DNA from: a virus
Taxonomy: Duplodnaviria > Caudoviricetes
Direction: 5' to 3' (one strand)
IMG/VR virus record: IMGVR_UViG_2921473944_000002
Location: 1-64,000 of that record
DNA length: 64,000 nt
Shown: piece after piece, positions 60,590 through 64,000 of the stretch
Numbering within the stretch: position 1 is the first letter of the stretch
Layout of the letters: every line of letters starts with the position of its first letter
Position numbers and translations under genes: made by a program
Notes under the pieces: generated by a model
What the model was told of the DNA's origin: nothing
The model's input: only the letters and a program-made list of their open reading frames with translations
Database searches by the model: none

Positions 60590-61066
60590 ATGACAAGAGA
60601 TGATTTTCAAAGGGACGTAAGTAGCTGGTCTGACCTGAGAGCATTCTGTAATGAATATGGGTGTTCGGTATGCGAAGATGTATATTCGCAAGAAGAAATG
60701 GATGAAGAGATTAGTTCAAATCTAGTACAAATGGCGAGAGATGCGAGTGATTGGCATGAACTCTATCATCAGCTTGAAGATATACCAGATGGGTATTATT
60801 TTTATCTTAAAAATGAGTATGATGAATTTTCTGGCGCTGATGATGATGACTTTGAAAGCTATCGCTCTGATGCTTTTGAGTGGGGCGAATACGAGGGAAT
60901 CTTCGAGGATGAAGAGGAAGAAGACGATGACTACGAGGAAGAACTCGAGGAGACAGAGGAGCATTGTGATCCAGATGACGAGTACGAGGTCGGAAATGAA
61001 GATATTCCAATTGCAGATCTTTTCATAGTACCGAAAAACGGAGATAGAGGAATTTATAATGTATAA
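60590..61066 (+). CDS. highly acidic hypothetical protein
   Basis: ORF, very D/E-rich. Confidence 0.7.
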   Translation: MTRDDFQRDVSSWSDLRAFCNEYGCSVCEDVYSQEEMDEEISSNLVQMARDASDWHELYHQLEDIPDGYYFYLKNEYDEFSGADDDDFESYRSDAFEWGEYEGIFEDEEEEDDDYEEELEETEEHCDPDDEYEVGNEDIPIADLFIVPKNGDRGIYNV

Positions 61067-61081
61067 CACAAGGAGGACAAT

Positions 61082-61753
61082 ATGGATTTAAGTAAATCAT
61101 ATGAATTTTTTCAGCCAGAGAAAGATACAGCAAGAATCCACATCGTAGGATGTGGATCTGTTGGCTCAACAATCGCAGAGAATCTTGCAAGATGCGGAGT
61201 GACCAAAATGACATTGTGGGATTTCGATAAAGTTGAACCTCATAATATCGTAAATCAGATGTTTAATCAGAATGATGTTGGTAAATTCAAGGTAGATGCT
61301 CTGAAGGATATTTTGACAGATATTAATCCAGAGATCGCAGAAAAAATTGAGGTTAAGCCAGAAGGATGGCAGGGAAAATTGATGTCTGGATATATCTTCT
61401 TATGCGTAGACAGTATCGAACTTAGAAGAGAGATTGTTGAAAAGCATATGGATAGTCCGTATGTAAAAGCGGTATTTGATTTTAGAACACTGCTTGAAAG
61501 CGCACAGCATTATGCAGCTGACTGGTCTGATTCCAAAATGAAGGAAGATTTATTGAACTCGATGCAGTTCTCACATGATGAAGCTAAGGATGAGACACCA
61601 ATATCCGCTTGTGGTGTTACACTTGGTGTAGCGACAACAGTAAGATTGATTTCAGCTCTCGGTGTGAACAACTACATCAATTTCGTAAAAGGCGATGGAA
61701 TCAAGAAAATGATTATTATGGACGGGTTCAAATTTGACCTGTTGGCGTTTTAG
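61082..61753 (+). CDS. ThiF/E1-like adenylyltransferase
   Basis: GCGSVGS, DFDKVEPHNIVNQ, KVDAL, LCVDS; SACG contains a candidate catalytic Cys. Confidence 0.9.
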   Translation: MDLSKSYEFFQPEKDTARIHIVGCGSVGSTIAENLARCGVTKMTLWDFDKVEPHNIVNQMFNQNDVGKFKVDALKDILTDINPEIAEKIEVKPEGWQGKLMSGYIFLCVDSIELRREIVEKHMDSPYVKAVFDFRTLLESAQHYAADWSDSKMKEDLLNSMQFSHDEAKDETPISACGVTLGVATTVRLISALGVNNYINFVKGDGIKKMIIMDGFKFDLLAF

Positions 61754-61755
61754 CC

Positions 61756-61962
61756 ATGAGGGATAAGCAAAGAATCGACCTATTCTGCGAAATTTTATCG
61801 ACTGCGTGGAAAAGAGTACCAGACATGAGATTCGGTCAGCTAATGTATAACTTCTTTCACGACGAGTATAACTCTGATCCATTTTATATAGAAGATACAG
61901 AACTGATTCGTAGCTTCCAAGCATATGTCGATAAAATCAGCAAAAATATGCATTCAAGATAA
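61756..61962 (+). CDS. small phage protein (MRD..RI...W...PD.RFGQL pattern)
   Basis: Recognisable small-phage-protein motif. Confidence 0.65.
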   Translation: MRDKQRIDLFCEILSTAWKRVPDMRFGQLMYNFFHDEYNSDPFYIEDTELIRSFQAYVDKISKNMHSR

Positions 61963-61963
61963 A

Positions 61964-61991
61964 TAAACCGCCACCAAATGTGGCGGTTTTT
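61964..61991 (+). terminator. intrinsic terminator
   Basis: AAACCGCCAC-loop-GTGGCGGTTTTT. Confidence 0.75.
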
Positions 61992-61994
61992 ATA

Positions 61995-62266
61995 AAGAAC
62001 GTGCAATGATATTTATCTCTTCGAGATAGCTTCTTACTGTTAGTGGAAGTAACAACTTGAGCAGTGGGACAACACCACGGAAATAGAAGGCGGGACATGC
62101 ATCTCCTCCAGAAACATAAATTGGAATAATACATAGAAACCGTCATCTTCAGAAATAAAGAACAAACGTATTGATAATCAACGGATTACAGGTCAGCCAA
62201 ATAAAAGTTGATCAGGAGGAGACTCCGCGGGATACAGTTATACACACATTAGATTGCAAGGTTCTT
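61995..62266 (+). ncRNA. retron-like ncRNA cassette 1
   Basis: Terminal IR AAGAACgTGCAAT / ATTGCAagGTTCTT; two 5' hairpins; 33-nt block identical to cassette 2; ends at the RT RBS. Confidence 0.8.
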
Positions 62267-62279
62267 GAAAGGAGAAAGT

Positions 62280-63419
62280 ATGTACTATATTACTGTAAAG
62301 CAGCCTCCGTCATACCATCAGATGACATTAGAAGAGTTCCTTTTTGGAGGCAATACGCAAACTAGACTAATAAATGAAAATCTTACAAATACAAGGACAT
62401 ATGAAGTAGAAAATATAAGCGAAAGATTTCTTCAGCTTGTAAATGTTGATAAACTTATCGAAAAACTTATATGGTTCAATGAAAGAACAGATTATCTGAG
62501 AGAAAAGCCTAGACGTGATTGGTATTATGAGTTCCATATACCAAAAAAGAGCGGCGGACTTAGGAAGATTGATGCCCCAGAACCAGAATTAAAAGAGGCG
62601 CTCAGTACTTTAAAAACTATATTTGAAGTAGATTTTCAGGCGCTTTATCACACATCGGCTTTTGCTTACATTCACAAAAGATGCATTATAGACCTGCTGA
62701 AAAGACATCAGGCGAATGAAAGCAAGTGGTTTGAAAAATTAGATTTATCAAACTTTTTTGGCAGTACAACGATGGAATGGGTATTACAAATGTTTTCAAT
62801 GGTATTTCCTTTTTCAGAAGTGCTCAAAGACGAAAGAGGTAGGGCAGAATTCGCAAAGGCTATTGAACTTGGATTTTTGGACGGCGGTTTGCCACAAGGG
62901 ACGCCGTTATCTCCAATAATCACTAATATTATGATGATTCCGGTTGATTTCGAGATAGCAAGAACATTAAGAGAGTATAATCATCAGAGGTTTGTATATA
63001 CAAGATATGCTGATGATTTTCAGATTTCATCTAAATATAGTTTTAGCTTCACAGAAATACAAAATGTAATTGTGTCCATCTTAAAGAATTTCAAAGCTCC
63101 ATTTACAATAAACAGTACAAAAACAAGATATGGTTCTTCGGCAGGGCAGAATTGGAATCTTGGTCTTATGTTGAATAAAGATAATGAAATTACAGTAGGG
63201 CATAAGAAAAAAAGACAATTTCAAGCAATGCTTTCTTCGTATGTTATGGATAGGAAGAATGGAATTGCTTGGGATAAGAGTGACATTCAAACAATGGAAG
63301 GATATCGAAACTACTATCGAATGGTTGAACGAGAGAAGATTGATGGAATCGTAAAACATTTAAGTGATAAGTTCGGAGTAGATATCGTAAAGGCAATTAA
63401 AGAAGACCTTGCGGCTTAG
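62280..63419 (+). CDS. retron-type reverse transcriptase
   Basis: FHIPKKSGGLRKIDAP, SAFAY, KLDLSNFF, LPQGTPLSP, YTRYADD, and NLG at the usual VTG position; ATG 62280 with AAGGAG RBS. Confidence 0.92.
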   Translation: MYYITVKQPPSYHQMTLEEFLFGGNTQTRLINENLTNTRTYEVENISERFLQLVNVDKLIEKLIWFNERTDYLREKPRRDWYYEFHIPKKSGGLRKIDAPEPELKEALSTLKTIFEVDFQALYHTSAFAYIHKRCIIDLLKRHQANESKWFEKLDLSNFFGSTTMEWVLQMFSMVFPFSEVLKDERGRAEFAKAIELGFLDGGLPQGTPLSPIITNIMMIPVDFEIARTLREYNHQRFVYTRYADDFQISSKYSFSFTEIQNVIVSILKNFKAPFTINSTKTRYGSSAGQNWNLGLMLNKDNEITVGHKKKRQFQAMLSSYVMDRKNGIAWDKSDIQTMEGYRNYYRMVEREKIDGIVKHLSDKFGVDIVKAIKEDLAA

Positions 63420-63463
63420 GCTGTATGGTCTTCTAATAAATTGACCAAATAATTAAAATAAAA

Positions 63464-63724
63464 TCTATGCAATGAAATTACTGTTTTACAGTGCTTCTTA
63501 CTGTTAGTGGAAGTAACAACTTGAGAAGGAGAAGAACAGGGAACCAAGCAGACGACGCAGCGTGCAGTCCAGGATCCATCGCTTCCCAAAACCATAACGA
63601 TAAAATCGGGTAGAACCATCCATTGATAATCAATATAAATTCGCCCAGAATTAGGAGACCTAACTACCAGAAGGACGATCACCCGAATGAGAAATCAAAG
63701 CCCACACACACCAGATTGCATAGA
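63464..63724 (+). ncRNA. retron-like ncRNA cassette 2
   Basis: Perfect 10-bp terminal IR TCTATGCAAT/ATTGCATAGA; conserved 5' hairpins. Confidence 0.8.
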
Positions 63725-63726
63725 GA

Positions 63727-64000
63727 TGTACAATGAAATTATATCCTTTGGATATGCTTCTAGCCGTCGGCGGAAGTGACAACTTGATAAGGAGATGGAT
63801 GACAGAAGACCACGAGCTCTGGAGCCAGAAAACGGGAAACCAGATCCAAAACATACGACTAACACATCAGGAACTAATTGTCAATAGCATAAGCAATTGG
63901 AAATCAATGAAATCTCGTAAACAACAGAGCTAAAGCACACATCTCGGATCTTCAGAGCTCAGCTGCAGCTTAAAGAAGACATCACCATTACATATTAGAT
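63727..64000 (+). ncRNA. retron-like ncRNA cassette 3 (truncated by the window end)
   Basis: Starts TGTACAATG, has covaried hairpins and GGAAGTGACAACTTGA, and ends ...CATATTAGAT like the other units. Confidence 0.72.

Noticed and set aside
62280-63419. Second DGR RT or group II intron RT
   Set aside because: Motifs are retron-like; no maturase domain, intron domain V or adenine-variant repeat pair is seen nearby.
63441-63464. Sigma70 promoter for the downstream cassettes (TTGACC...TAAAAT)
   Set aside because: The spacer is only 12 bp.
62029-63786. RT-flanking 33-bp repeats as a CRISPR array or as direct repeats of a mobile element
   Set aside because: Spacing is about 260 nt, the third copy is covaried rather than identical, units 1 and 2 have their own terminal inverted repeats, and there is no cas1 or transposase.
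61937-63933. Short ORFs over the ncRNA cassettes (61937-62146, 63416-63682, 63660-63854, 63733-63933)
   Set aside because: No convincing RBS; the shared peptide QVVTSTNSKK only reflects the conserved RNA block. A cDNA-encoded product cannot be fully excluded.

Overview
This window is 64 kb of a large tailed phage (siphovirus) genome, probably infecting a Firmicutes (Clostridia-like) host and organised like Bacillus SPbeta. From about 49 kb down to 1 on the minus strand lie: helicase-like gene, YonO-like single-subunit RNA polymerase (DFDGD), phosphoesterase, tRNA-Tyr, tyrosine recombinase, HU, terminase, portal, head and tail genes, a tape-measure gene split by a 996-nt group I intron carrying an antisense gene, tail-tip and fibre genes, a complete DGR (target-avd-TR-RT) and lysis genes. 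From about 49.8 kb on the plus strand lie early/accessory genes: a double-HTH regulator, a 59-bp tandem array, a hairpin-rich non-coding tract, a hammerhead ribozyme, a second remote DGR target, HU, RNase HI, a tRNA(CAT) and a ubiquitin-like conjugation set (Ubl, E2-like, JAB, E1). The most unusual element is at the right edge. It is a retron-type reverse transcriptase accompanied by at least three ~260-nt retron-like ncRNA cassettes (one upstream, two or more in tandem downstream). They share a covarying 5' structure and terminal inverted repeats but carry unrelated template regions. All alignments and pairings were done by eye and no database searches were run, so family names come from motif recognition.
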